Shown here: one piece after another, positions 41,353 to 55,249 of the stretch
Position numbering within the stretch: the stretch's first letter is position 1
How the letters are laid out: each line of letters begins with the position of its first letter
Source: Harriotta raleighana
Taxonomy: Eukaryota
Direction: 5' to 3'
DNA length: 64,000 nucleotides
NCBI GenBank assembly: GCA_050575255.1
Contig: JBNZDD010013700.1
Span: 62,001 to 126,000, forward strand
Made by a program: the position numbers and the translations under genes
Notes under the pieces: model-generated
Databases searched by the model: none
What the model was told of the DNA's origin: nothing
The model's input: only the letters and a program-made list of their open reading frames with translations

Positions 41353-44300
41353 TCATTTTACAGATTGCCAATAACAATTCCAAATAACACAGAGCTGCTT
41401 TAATTTTGCAAATACAGGGTGTACACAGTTAATGAAATCGGCAGTTAATGAATTCGGAGGAAACCAAAGAAAATGATATTATAATACCTCAAATGTCCAT
41501 TCATTTAAACTTTACCCCATAAATATGAGTGATGTTATAATGACCCAAGGGATTGGATTTGTATCCATGTGCAATAATATCCATAGTACACAAGTCATTG
41601 AGTTATGTCAGCACCACATAGGGGAGGTACAATACAATAATAATCCTTGCGTTTAATGTAGCTTCTGATTACGTTGTCGAGACTTCTCAAAACGCTTCAC
41701 AGGAAATACTGTAGTGATTTGGCTGTTTGTATTTTGTGGTCGAATTGAAATCATAACCCACAGACCTGCCAAGGTCTTCATAGTATATTCTGCTCATGGC
41801 GCATTAAAAATTAATTAGATTAAGCAGAAAGTGAAGTTATGTTTTTTTTAATTGGTTCAATACTTCTCGGGAGATAGATTTCAGTGTACCTGGGGGCAAT
41901 GAGTATACTAGTTAGTTCACTCTTACATAGTGTGAGTTTAAAACTTACATTTATATAGTGCCTTCACATTAGGCAGTGAAGAGAGCTTTATACGAATGGT
42001 ACCAGGTGACACAGAGGAGGGAGCTTAAGGAAGGGAAATACTGTCACAGTCAGATATCTAGGTTTTCAGGAGGCTTTTAAAGACAGGGAGAGAGAGGCAC
42101 TGGCAATTCCACAGAGAATTCCAGAGGTTAGAGACACAATGGCTAAAGGCTTGAGCACTGATTGTATAGGGCGGGGGCAACAAATAATGCATCAGATACA
42201 AATTTGAACCATGGAGTAGGGGTGGAGGGGCTGAATTTGGGGTGGTTTTAAAATGCCTACACCACAGGATACATTTTTCCTTCTAATAACCTAACAATCC
42301 TGCCACAACATTTAGCTACAAAAGCAGTTACTACACTTAACAATTATTCTGGATGGGTGTCTACGACAAACCATTTTCACATTTCTGTGTAAACCCTACA
42401 ACTGTATGAGATACAAAGCAGAGGGTTCCCTCTCCAAACAGCCAATGTCCCACAAACAATCACAAAGAGAATTACCAATTTTACCTAAGGATTATTAGCC
42501 AACATATCGGAAGTACCCTTTCGCCTTGGGATCTTTAACATCCACCTAATCAGGTAGATGGGAACTCAGTTTAGCATCTCATCTCAACAAGGACGGCACC
42601 CACTACAACACACACCTTTCACAAATTGTACAAGAGTGTCAGTTCAGTCTATGAATCTTAAAATTCTGACACGTGGCTCAAATCCACAACCTTCTGACTC
42701 ATTGACGAGAATACTATTGACTGAACCAGCCTGACACCTACACCAATAGTCTGGGAATCTTACTTAAAATAAAGCCTGGGAAACCACTGTGAATTGACAG
42801 AGCAACTTTCATATTGGGAGGATGTCTCATGTCTCAAAGTGCTTGACACAAGTGACTCGGCACCCAAGCTGTGGTGGTTAGGAGGTGGGGATATGCTCTC
42901 AACGTGAAAGATGCTCTATAAATGTAATTTTGGTGTTGTTGTTGTGGAGAGGGGGTTGAAACGTGATGAAGGGAACAGTCGAAAGAATAGATCTTAAAGT
43001 TAGCAAAGCATCAGTTCAAATTGCCGATGAGTGATCATTCTCACACAGGAACATTCATCTGGCATTGCTCCAAGAAGTACACACATTGAAATACATTTTC
43101 ACTTAAAGACATCCTATTTATTGCCTTAACATATCGCCTGTATTTTATACTGCATAGGAGTCAGTCAGCTCATCATGCCATCGCTCCATTTGTCTACTAT
43201 CTTCAATCTCTGTGCTGGTTGTGTTCATATTGATTCATGATGTGTTCAGACACCTTGTACTGTAGTGGTAATGGAAGTCTGGATTTTATTTCCCCCAGCT
43301 ACTGCACACAGAAAGTACTTCTATATTTTTTTTTACAAGAAAGAACAGCTTAGCTTAAGTATACAAAACCATGTTTTACCAAAATAGTATTTTGTATATA
43401 TCTCAAGAAGTTCCAGAGTTTCCAAACTGAGCATTTTCCCTATTCCTAGTCACCAATGTCAAGTCTATTTATCATAAAGATTAGCTAATCTATATTATTG
43501 CTTCCTCTAGTTCCAATTTAGGCCTCATATGAACATCAATAAACTAATTGGAATTCATCAATAAGTTTTTTAATTTGGCAAAAGAATTTTGAAATTTAAA
43601 AATATATTTGAAATGTTGGAGAGAGAAATTGGGGGTTGGGGGGAGAGAGAGGAAAAGAGAGAATGGGAAAGGGATGGATGTTTTCAGCCAGTCAAATGTC
43701 TTATCTTCTCCTGGTTACTATAAAGTAATGTCCACTATTTAACTGAGAGGCCAGCAAGGAAGTAGAAGATGAATGTAACAGCAACAAATTACACTTGTAT
43801 AGCGCCCTTGGCATTGGAAAGACATCTCAGGGCACTGGACAGACATGGGTTTTGGACCCAAGCTGGAAATACATTAACTTCTACCCCCACAATTTAAAAG
43901 CAATTTTGGTATGCTGGGCTCCTTGCCCAGGAACTCAGCTGTGCAGATCAGGAAAAGGAAAGGCTATCATATTCATCGTGCCTACAGATCGTACATTAAT
44001 TATCTGGTTGAAGAGCAGTATTGGCAGACAGTTAGGAACAGATTGCCCATGTATTCCTTTTGGCTAGGAAGTGGGAAGGTTTGGAGATCAAAGAATAAAG
44101 GAATAGTAGATGGTGATTGTCATCAGTCCATCTGAAAATAAAACTTACACAAACATGCTTTTGTTACTTGCACAACGGCATTGATTTAATACAATCTCCA
44201 GAAGTGGTTGTGACACCATGCCATGGCCAGCCTCCAATTTAGAGGATTCCTCATTTCCCAACATCTTCACACACAAAATCATTATAACTTCACGATTCAG

Positions 44301-44414
44301 TGCTGTCGGACAAAACTAGGAATATTTTCAAATGAGTCATTTGCATCTACATAGGAAAGAAGGAAAGTAGATGGTCTACAGACAAATACAAATACAAGAA
44401 AACTGTCTCCCCTC

Positions 44415-44782
44415 TTACCCCCTTTTCCCCCTTTCTCTCCTGGCCCCACTTCCGCGATTGTTTGTGGGACACTGCTGTGCGCAATTTGGCTACCGTGTTT
44501 TGCCCACAAATTTATAGTTGATTTTTCCTACTCTCCTTCCCCCTACCCCGATCCCTTCCCATCTTTCCCCTTTTCTCCCCTAACCCCACTTCCATGACTG
44601 TTTGTGGGACACTGCTGTGCGCAATTTGGCTGCATTTCGCCCACAAATATAGTCACTTTTTCCTACTTTCCTTCCCCCGACACCTCCCCCCACCCCCCCG
44701 CTCTGATCCCTACTTGATTATACAGCGCCTTGGGACGTGAAAGGCGCTATATTAATGTAATTTGGATTGATTGATTGATTAT
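44415..44782 (+). mobile_element. SINE-like element with an internal tandem duplication of about 140 bp and a (GATT)n tail
   Basis: Two units CCCCACTTCC...TGTTTGTGGGACACTGCTGTGCGCAATTTGGCT...TTTTTCCTACT, then CGCCTTGGGACGTGAAAGGCGCTATATTAATGTAATTT(GATT)n. Confidence 0.72.
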
Positions 44783-44874
44783 TGTACAATCAACTTGGTC
44801 CTATGTCTCACCAGTTTACTATAAGCGAGCATGAAAAATGGCCAACATTCAGGTAGTCAAGTTCTATCCGGAGG

Positions 44875-46435
44875 AACATAAGAACATTGGAAATGCTAGA
44901 TGAAAAAGACAATGTAGTTTGACTTCCACCTTCCTGGTGGTCACATACACATATGTCCCAACTATCTATATACTGTATCCCAGAATGCTATATCCTAAAA
45001 GAAAACTATCTAATCTGTGTTTGAAAGAATCAACACTTCCTGCCTCAACCATTTCCCTAGGGAGTCTGGTGCATAGTTTTACTGTTTTCTCGCTGAAATA
45101 ATACTTGCATAGATTTGTTCTGAATTTACCAGCCTTCAATCACAGGCCATGTCCTCTGGTTCTACAATTCTGGAAAGTTGAAACAGCCTGTAATATGTGA
45201 TCTGCATTGTCTTGCCCCATTGTCTCAAGACCTTTCTCTTCGACCGTGCCTTCAGCTCCCCTCTCGACTCTCTACCTCCTCCTTGCTCCCACCCTCCCCC
45301 TCCCCCTGAACATTTCCCCCTGCTCGGGTCTTAAAATCATCTGTCCAGCGCCTTGGGACGTCCTCCTGACGTGAAACGCGCTCTATAAATGTGTTGTTGT
45401 TGTTGTTTAAAATAGTAAAGACAGCAATCATGTCGCCTCTCAATATTCTCTTTTCCAATGAGAATATGCCTAATTTACTTAGTCCAGTCCTTCCATTTTC
45501 TCAATCATTTTGGTTGCCCTCCTCTCTATCTTCTCGATTTCTCGAATATCCTTTTTGTACTGCGGTGATCGGTACTATGCATAGTATGGTCTCACCAATG
45601 ATTTATACAATGGCAGGGCTACCCCACTATTTCGGCTTGCTATTGATTTTTTGATACATACCAACATCTGGTTTGCTTTACTCACTGCCGCAGTTGGTAG
45701 AGTTTCAATTTATTGTCAATCAAGACCCCTAGCTCCTTTTCATTTTCCATACATATTACTTTCTTTCCATTCCAAATAATAGTTCCTTTCAGGATTGTTT
45801 GTCTCCATATGAAGTACTTTGCATTTCTCCACATTGAATTTAATCTGCCACCGATCTGCCCAATTCCCAACTATATTCAAATCCTCCCGTAATCTATCTT
45901 GTTCAGCTTCACAATCTTTCATCTTCGTTAGCTTGGTGTCATCTGCAAATTTAGCCACTGTGCTTGCTTGCGACTCCTAGTTCCAGATCATTCATAAAAA
46001 TAGTAAACAAAAGAGGTCCCAAAACAGATCCTTGTGGAGCTCCACCGGTAACATTCTCCTAATACCACCACTCTCTGGGTTCTTTGGGTCAACTAATCAC
46101 ATATCCATTTCAATATATAGTACAGGTACATCCATTAATTCCCACATTTTGTTTTACATTCAGTACTAGCCTTTCAAGAGAAACAGTATCAAAGGCCTTA
46201 TCGAAATCCAGATGTACAACATCCACAGCCTCACACTTATCAAGCTCCTATTTCACACCATCAAAGAAAAACAGTAAATTTGATTGACAAGATCTTCCCT
46301 ACATGAACCCATATTGGCTATCATTCATAATTTTATTTCTATCTAGATGCTCCATGATTTTATCCTTAATAAGATTCTCCGTAATTTTACCCACAATGGA
46401 AGTCAAACTTACTCGTCTGTAGTTTCCTGGTCGCT
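44875..46435 (-). mobile_element. Decayed CR1 LINE, 3' part of ORF2 (RT), with an inserted L2 tail at about 45215-45405
   Basis: Minus-strand peptides PGNYRRVSLTSIVGK, KFADDTKL, WADRWQIKFNVEKCKVLH, EKRILRGDMIAVF; [13 protein letters not shown] encoded at about 46005-46045; frameshifted. Confidence 0.9.
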
Positions 46436-46919
46436 TTTTATAATAATAATAATCCATGCATTTTATATAGCGCTTTTCACGACTTCTAGACATCTTAAAG
46501 GCGTTTCACAGAATATATTGTAAAGTATATTGGTCGGCGAAATGTGGCAGCCAATTGGGCACAGTCGTGTCCAATAAACAGTTGTGGATCAAAGTAGCTA
46601 ATTTATTATTGTTTTAAAACTGGCTAAAGCTAGTTAATACCATTTGAGTTATTGTTTGTGTATTTTTAACGGTTGTGCAGAGGAGTTATGTGGATGGGAA
46701 ACAAGCATGGATTCACAGGAGTCGGGAGGGTGAAAGCTGCTGGAAACTCGTTTCCTAGCTTATGGATGATGGAGGGAGGGAGGGAGTGACTAAGGACTCA
46801 CCCAAACTGATTCCACCAGTTTCACTCTTCTCCCCATCCTGATAGACGTAAGATTAGGGTCAGGGGGTGCAGTCAGCCAGTGATGACATCCCTGGAACAC
46901 TGAGCGAGAGTTTAGAGGA

Positions 46920-47005
46920 CTTAAGAATAAGAATAAGGAGCAGGAATAGGCCATTCGGTCCCTCGAGTCTGACCTGCCATTCAATAAAATCATGGCTGAT
47001 CTTCT
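46920..47005 (-). mobile_element. CR1 3'-end fragment
   Basis: TAAGAATAAGAATAAGGAGCAGGAATAGGCCATTCGG...ATCATGGCTGATC resembles shark CR1 termini as recalled. Confidence 0.6.
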
Positions 47006-47049
47006 AATCTAGATGCCTCCAGTTTAATTTTTTGAAATGCCAACCTCAT

Positions 47050-47410
47050 TAGTTGGACTCTAAAGGTTGAGGTATACACAGTGCAATGCTGGGTATGGGT
47101 GGGGAGGTGGGAGGGTGTTTTAATGTCTGAAACGCTGTCCTTCGGGTGAAATGTTAAAACGAGGTCTTGTCTGTGCCCTGTTCAGGTGGACTCTGAGGAT
47201 AAAAAATAATTTCTCTTTCTCTCACACCTTCCCAGTGTCTTGCCAAACAATCCTTCAGATAAAATCACTCATTCATGACTGTTTGTGCCAATTTATGTAA
47301 CAATGATGTCCCACACAGTCACTTCACTTTACAGTGAATCCTGAGAAGTGCCTTGAGACATCCCCCTGATGTGATAAGGTGCTATAACAAATGCAAGGAT
47401 TATTATTGTT
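47050..47410 (+). mobile_element. Deu-domain SINE with the same 3' tail as the abundant SINE
   Basis: GCTGTCCTTCGGGTGAAATGTTAAAACGAGGTCTTGTCTG...CAGGTGGAC followed by a GCAAGGATTATTATT tail. Confidence 0.65.
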
Positions 47411-50400
47411 ATAATTTTATCAGATCCTGTGAAATGTGCTGCACAGTCTCCTGTAACATGTAAAATAGGGCTGGGATTCCAGATCTTCCGGGCAAACTTC
47501 ACAGACATCTTTCTACACCAGTTCTGGCTGGCCGCCCACACTGCCGTTTGTGATGATAAAATAATCTTTGCATTTGAGCGCATCATAGAGACATCTCAAA
47601 GCGCTTTTGTTACCTTTCTTAAAAATAGGAGTAACATCTGCCTGTCTCCCAGCAACTCTCCGGGGAAGTCTTGTTTGTATAACTTCCTTCACAGAGCTCC
47701 ATACACATACAACAGCACACAGATCCAGAGTTTGCCTTTCTTTAGAACACGAAGGTCAGTGCTAGAAGCCAGGTGTATTGCAGTTCCAGTTAGTTCAAAT
47801 CACAGTAGATAACAACAACAACAACAACTTACATTTGTTTAGCACCTTTCATGTCAGGAGGACATCCCAAAGCACTGGACAGTCAGGGATCCTCACCTAA
47901 GCTGGTGGTTGGGATCAGGAGTGGTGGAGGGCAGGGGTAGGAGGGGGACTGAATGCATGGTCGAAGAAGAGGGTCCTCAGACCCACACTCTAGGGGAGGC
48001 AGCTCTATATAAAAGGGACCGAATGAAAGAGGGGGTTCCCTGTATAAAGGATACCTTATATAGCTTGCAAAAACATTAACCCAAGAGGAAAAGATTGAAT
48101 AAATAATTTGGTTCTACTGTGAGGAAAATGCTGCCTTACTAATTACTTCTGTGATGTATCCAAAGTTGTGCTTAGATTTACTTTCTATATACCTTTTATA
48201 TGGCGTTTTGGGAGGGAGAAAAAAGCTAAATGAGATAAATCGATGATGAATGGGGTAATATTTATTTATCAAAGGTCCATAAAATCCACTTACAGAGCTG
48301 TAACTCAGAGACCAGAGTTCTAGTTTTGGTAATAGTATTACTTTAACTGCAACCATTTACAAGATAGTTATAATGACTATGATTAGTCTCAGTTTTATGC
48401 AAGCCTTCAAATCTATCCATTAAACTCCATTGTAGCGGTTTTACAACCTCTTTCACATCTCATAATAAACATCTTTTTCTTTCCCTCCTTTTGATTGTCT
48501 TAACCCAATTGTTATAAATGTTTAAGTACACTCACTGGGGCCAGCGGTGTCAATACCAGAGTGTATCACTTTTCCCACAGAGGAGCATCAACAGCTCCCA
48601 GGTCAGCAAACAGCACTGTCAAAAGCAAGAGAAACAACTTCAAACTTCCCCCGTCCAACATTGTGCCTCAATGCCTATTGCAGAAAAAAAGCATCTTTCA
48701 CAGAATAGAAGAATTTACTATTTCCCACACAACCCATCTTTATAGTTTGAAAGAAAAAGTTGGTTCGTGCCAAAAACATAAGCAGGTTTTTTTATTGCTC
48801 GTTTACTGTGAAAATCGGGGAGTGGATTAGAAATTCACAACTCATAAAAAACATTTCACCTAAAACTGCAGTAGTCACCAAAGCGAGAACATTTTCATCC
48901 TGTCAGTCTGCACAGCAAATAAGATGGATGGGCAATGTGCTAACCTAACCCTCTATGCCACTTGCTCCCCCTGCAGTCCAATGTTTAATTTTCAATCACT
49001 TTTAAAAGTCTGCTGCTCAAAAGGATTTTTCTTACACATCAGGATTGTTTATTTGAAAATGGTAACACTTCACCAAAAATGAATTTCTAATTGTACATGA
49101 CACATGCATTTGTTTGCAAAAGATTGCCACAAGGGCCCTGGGATGTCCTCCCGACATGAAAGGCGCTATACAAATGTAATTTTGTTGTTGTTGGAGAAAA
49201 TTAATAAGGACACTCGGGAAGACACAAAATGCAGAAAGAATCACATTGACAGAGACAAGACCATTGAAGAAACACATAGGAATAGGATAACAAACAATAC
49301 CTCCAGTAATGTTAATGTACTGGTACTTCTCTCAAACTGTTAGAATGAATTCCTCTGGAAAAAGGTCAATGAAACTCCCTTCCATCACTCATTCAAGGCA
49401 AGAATCAAAACATGCCGTTTTCATCTTTCTTCTCTTCCTCACCCCCCTCTACACCTCTGCTCTCAACGCCCAGCTCGGGTGTCCACCTAGGTTTGTCAAG
49501 CAATGATGACTTCCTCCCAACATGAAAGATAATAATAATAATCCTTGTATTTGATATAGTCCTCTGGACATAAAAGACACCATACAAGTGTAATTTTGTT
49601 GTTGTAGTGCTTTTCACATCTTCTAGATATCTCAAAATGCTTCACAGAATATGCTGTAAAGTGAATTGATTGCAAATATGTGGATGAAATGCGGCAGCCA
49701 ATTGCACATAGCAGTGTCCAACAGTCATGGATTAAACTGACCAATTTGTTATCATTCATTATTGTTTAATAAAACTCATTGTGGGTATTCAACCAAAATA
49801 TTCCAAAACAAAACTGAAAAATGTCTGATAGAAAATAACACCTAGGTTAAATAATCCTCTAAAAGTACTGAATTAAAAATAAGACCTACAGATAAAAATT
49901 CACTACACCTTACACCAAATCCCGAGAAACTCTCTGAAACATTGAAATAACGTGATAAGACCGTAAATCAAATTGCAGGATTATTACTGTAAAAAGTACT
50001 GCTAGTTAGTACTGCTCTTTAATTCCTGCCTCCTCTTCAACGGTCCGATTGGTCACCCAAATCCCCCCCTTTTCCTCCACCCTCCCTGTCCCGACCCCAG
50101 CTCAGGTCTGAATCACTGTCCAGTGCCTTGGGACATCCTCCTGATGTGAAAGGCTCTATACAAGTGTAATTTTGTTGTTGTTATTAATATCACACTTAGC
50201 GAAACAAATCATCTTAGTAAATTAGATGTCTCAATAAATTAGTACAGTACCATGATTATATAATTCTTATGGTAATTGTGAAAACTACCTTTGAAGAGGA
50301 TTTCAAAGTATTACAAACTTGTAGTTCTTCTCCAGGAGTATTTTTAAACCATGTTATGAAGTGCTTCATCAGGACATGGATTTCATTATAGCTTGGTACA

Positions 50401-53400
50401 TGGATCCCAACATTTACTTTCTCCAAAATTCAAAAATCTTCATTACCACATCAAAATACATGGGGGAAGCCAAAATACTTGAGTTCTAGAGTTTCTGATT
50501 GCTGCTCCCACACTCTGAAACTCCATTCCGCAATCCCTTCACCTCGCTTCCTCCTTTTCCTCCTTCAAGATCGGTCTCAAGACCTTGCTTTTCGACCGTG
50601 CCTTCTGCTTGCCCTCCTAACTCTCCCCCCTTTCCTACTCTCCTTCCCCCCGCCCCTACCCCGACTCTTCTCGCCACCCCCACTCAGGTCCCGACCTAAC
50701 TGTTCAGCGCCTTGGGACGTCCTCCCGACGTGAAAGGCGCTCTATAAATGTAATTTTGTTGCTGTTGTTGTTGCTGCCAATGTTGGACATGTGTGCAGCT
50801 CACTGAGGAAGTGATTTTGGTGAGTTTCCAAGCACTGGCTAGCATTTTGTCTATGTACACATGTGAACAATTAATGCAGAAGCACCAATTTACTGTACCC
50901 CATTACAGTGTTGGTTGGGAATATATGGATCCCAATTACTGGGTTATAACAAGGACAATTGTATAAACCATTGATAGTTTCTTGATGAAGGGAGTTATCA
51001 AAGCCAACCTTTCAGAAGGTCAGAAATGAAGAAAAATATTAAAATATTTTATATTGTGATAGTTCTAAATTTTTAGTTGTTTCAGTGCATTTGTTTATGC
51101 ATGTGCTATGGTAGTTAGTGATGAGAGTTTGATTCAGTGATGTACACAATATCATAAATGGCCCTATGAGAACTCTAGTGAGGGCTGAATTATGATTGGA
51201 AAATTCACATATGAATCCTAGTTGTAAAAGTCATTCAAACTCAAGTTTTCCCTCATTGTGGACTTCTGATTTCTCTCTCGGCTGAGCTGAATGACCACTT
51301 TATATGAGCCAAAGGTGCCTGTTTCTTAAGGAGAAAAAGCAATAGCACTATCTATGGCTCCACCAAACACCCTTACTTCAGACCTAGTACAGAATTAATG
51401 GGGAAGTTCAGAGTACTCTTATTACTCCTAATGATGGTGGTAGTCTAGTCAGTGAGCAAGAGATATGGAATATATGCATTTTTTACAAAGGAAATTCCAA
51501 GTGGGTAAGTTTTAAATGAATTAAAATACATATTTTTTAATAATACCACAGTAGATTTCCATCAGGTTCTAATTCTTCCTAAAGAGGATCCAAATTAATT
51601 TTATCTAATATTTTAATGCTGCGTTTGACTCAATTTGGTTTCATAAATCTATAAACTGTAGAGGTTGGTCATTCTAGTCAATTCAACAGGAAACGTAACT
51701 GCAAATTGACTAGTTGTTCTGCAACTGATTATGCAAACATTTCTTGAGAAAGCAAGCCTACAGATGATGGGTTTATTTAGATTAATATTTTCAATCAGCT
51801 ATGTTAATGGAACTTGCCTCGCACTATCTAAAAAGTGCACAGTTGCCCATTTGCAAAAGCGTAATCACTGTAACAAAAAACAATTTGCATCTATCACAGA
51901 AATCAGAATAAGCACATCAATAGGCTTTTCACATGGACTGAATGAAGCATGTACATTTTTGATTATCCTTGTTAAAGGCAGCAAAACAAGAACACTTTTC
52001 TTTTACAGAAACATGCAATTCTCATATTCATTTTTGTTTATTCACTTTTAGAATGATCTACAGTGTAAAACTTCTCCTGATGGCTCGAGTGCATAGTAAG
52101 AAAATTGCTCAGTGTGGTGCCAGTCCACACGGTAGCGGAAGGTCCCAGTTTCAATCTGCGCCTGTGATTAATTATTTAATCTCAGGTAACAACAGGAATC
52201 GTCTAATAGACCTCAGTGGCCCTTATTTAAGGAAGGGGAAACAATCAGTCAAAAGTTCAATGACCCTTGATAGAAATTGCACAGCTCAGACAGTATCATT
52301 CAAGGACTAGCAGATGTCCATCAAATAGCTAATGTAGTATCGTTGATGTTGTTTGGGATAATAGCTGCTGAAAGGCATTAAATGGAGTGCAGATTTCTGA
52401 ACCCACATCCATTTTTTAGGGCTTGGATTCCCCATTATTGGAAATGTAGAGAGGTAGAAATTTATAGCAGCGAAGGTCATTCATCCCATTATGTAAACAG
52501 CGAGTAAGCAACACACGTAACTGGTGGAAGTACCTTTCAATGGGAAGGGATGAGTGTCTGTGGTATGGGCCAGAGGATAATAACAATAAGAACAATCCTT
52601 GCATTTGTTATAGCGCTTTTCATGTCTTCTAGACATCTCAAAGCGCTTCATAGAATGTATTGTAAATGGTGGCTCTCATGCATTTCACGTAAAACTGTGC
52701 TGCTCACCAGAGGCTCACTGGTTGAGGTTGCTGAGCTCACTGCTCCTCTGATACCATCAGGTAGATTCACTAAATTGAATGGAAAAAGCACAGGAATAGA
52801 CAAAAAATAACGCACAGCTGCTGCCTTCTGCATACCATGTTGCAGCACAACCAGTGTTCTGGAGGCCATCGGGATTAAACTAGGTATATTCTACCTGTTA
52901 AACAAACCACAATTTTATTTACAATTCTGGTTTAACTTTCTGCTGGCTTCCCAATACAACCAGAGTGCCTCCACAACATGTTCCAGTTGGAGTCCATAGC
53001 TAAGCCAAGTTCAGTAACCGGCGATGGGATATTTGGCTGTAATAGGAAAGACTTGTAAAAAATAATTCAAGTCACACTATCATAGTAGTTGCCATGATAT
53101 GTGGGCGTGACTCAATTTGTGCAACATCTGGCTTTGATAAAAACCATATGACAAAGGGCGATGAAATAAAGAAAGATTGGGGGCAGGGAAGATGCAGAAA
53201 ATAATAAATTTGAAATACTGAAAGCAACAAACTGCTCAAAAGAACAAACAAAGCAACATTGCAAAAGGGAGCGTGAAATAGTAACAATCCATAGATTTAG
53301 CATAATATATCTGTCCCAATTATTCAATAAGTTTCATTTACAAAGAGGTCTCACTGCAGAAACAGTTTTCTGATGGCAAATTCCATAATTCTTTTTCTCT

Positions 53401-55249
53401 TTCAACTTTCCAAACAATTTAGTGGAGTCTATTGCAGGCTATGTGCTAAAAATAGTTTTTCCACTATAGGATTTACTATGATAAACTAGCAATGAAAAGA
53501 TTGCTATTTTTAGTGAACAGCATACCAGAAACTCCCTCAAATCATGGTGTGTGAAATGCCAGAGACTTCAACACTATCACTTTTATAGTTCTATTGTGCA
53601 AGGGGAAAAAAAATCCTATTCAAATATACCAGAATTTTTTTTGTTAAAAATGGTCCGCTCAGAACATTGAATAACTTAGAACTATCCATTCAATCCCCAA
53701 TGTCACTAAAACAATAAACACTGAAGAGCTGCTCTGAGGATCACATGAAATGCTGACCGATGCTTATAGCAAGTAATTTTAAGGTCAATTGTGAAGTAAC
53801 TTTGATCTCTCTCTCAAGTAGTTTATATTTTGACTTTTGTTTTGAAAATCCCATCTGTGTCCCCCAAGTTTCTCCTCTTCTGAAGTTAGTTTTTGCATAT
53901 GGCTCAATGAATACTGACCAGTCAAGTGATCTCAGTCAAATCAATCACGTCAGCAAGTTACAGTGGTGCCACATCCATAAAACTCCCAAAAAAGGTGTGA
54001 GAGTGGGTTTGACTACACATGCTCAGCCAGCATACTGGCTCCCAACAAACCATTCAGTTTCATGCTAGAAGAAAGCATGCCCGACTTCCAAGGCACTGCC
54101 AACATCACTGTTGACATTGCCTTGGAGGAGGAGCGAAGGATTCAAATGCTGTTTCGAAGAGAGAGGAGGTCGGAGAGGTAGAGGAGTGCAGAGGAGTACA
54201 CCACACCCAACATTCTAGCAGTTAAATATTACAAAGCGGCAGCCCCGATAGTGGGTTAGAAGTTTGTTTGCAGACTGAGCTCATTGAGACTAAGTTGGGT
54301 TAGGGAAGGGAAAACAAGCCAGAGTTCCTGCTCTTCTACCTGTGTCCTCCATTGCACATGTTCTTTTGTGGCAGACGGGTGGGAAGACATCAGGCCAGGT
54401 ATTACACTCCCTATAGTCAACTGACTTGTCAAGGCTCACACAATTGTCACTAGCAAGAGTCAAACCAAAAGGAGGTCAAACCAATAGCAGTCTTCCATTC
54501 GACAGAAAATTAGAAAACAGAACGCGCACATAACATTTATACATAAACTCATTACAGACCTGGAACAGTTATTAATGTATTGATTTGATGCTTTATATTC
54601 ATAATCACTTCTGTACTAATCAGTCTGGGCTTCGGCAGCTTCTTTCGATGTAAAAGTGCAGACTCCACCTTGTGGGCTACATTCAACAGTAGAGTAAACC
54701 TATCAGCAACAGATGCCCTACCCTACCTCTCTGATTTTCTGCAGCTTCATTCCCCCGCCCACTCCTCCACCAACTCAGGTCTGCTTCCGCAACCATTGAT
54801 GAGTACGCTTTCAGCCACTTTGCTATCTGGAGCTCTCTATCTGGATCTTACAACCTTACTCTCTCCCCTTCCGTATTGAAAACCCATCTAAAAACCTCTC
54901 TCTTTCACTGCAGCTTCAGCCACCAACCACCTATTCCACCTATTGCACCCTCACTCTTTTGAGCTCCCAACCAGTCTTTCAAGGCTTCTTGAGAGGTCTC
55001 CCTATCTCCTAAAGTCCTGTAGCTCAGTGGTTACAAACGAGACAACTGGATTTGATTACGAGCAGGACGAAACTTTGTGCTTTCTTTACTCCACATGCTA
55101 AATAACAATCCCGTAAAAAAAATTGGTCATTTCAATCCACGACTATTTGTGGGACACTGCTGTACACAATTGGCTGCCACGTTTTCCCACAGAATATACA
55201 GTCAATTCACTTTACAGTATAATCTGTGAAGTGCTTTGAAACATCTAGT

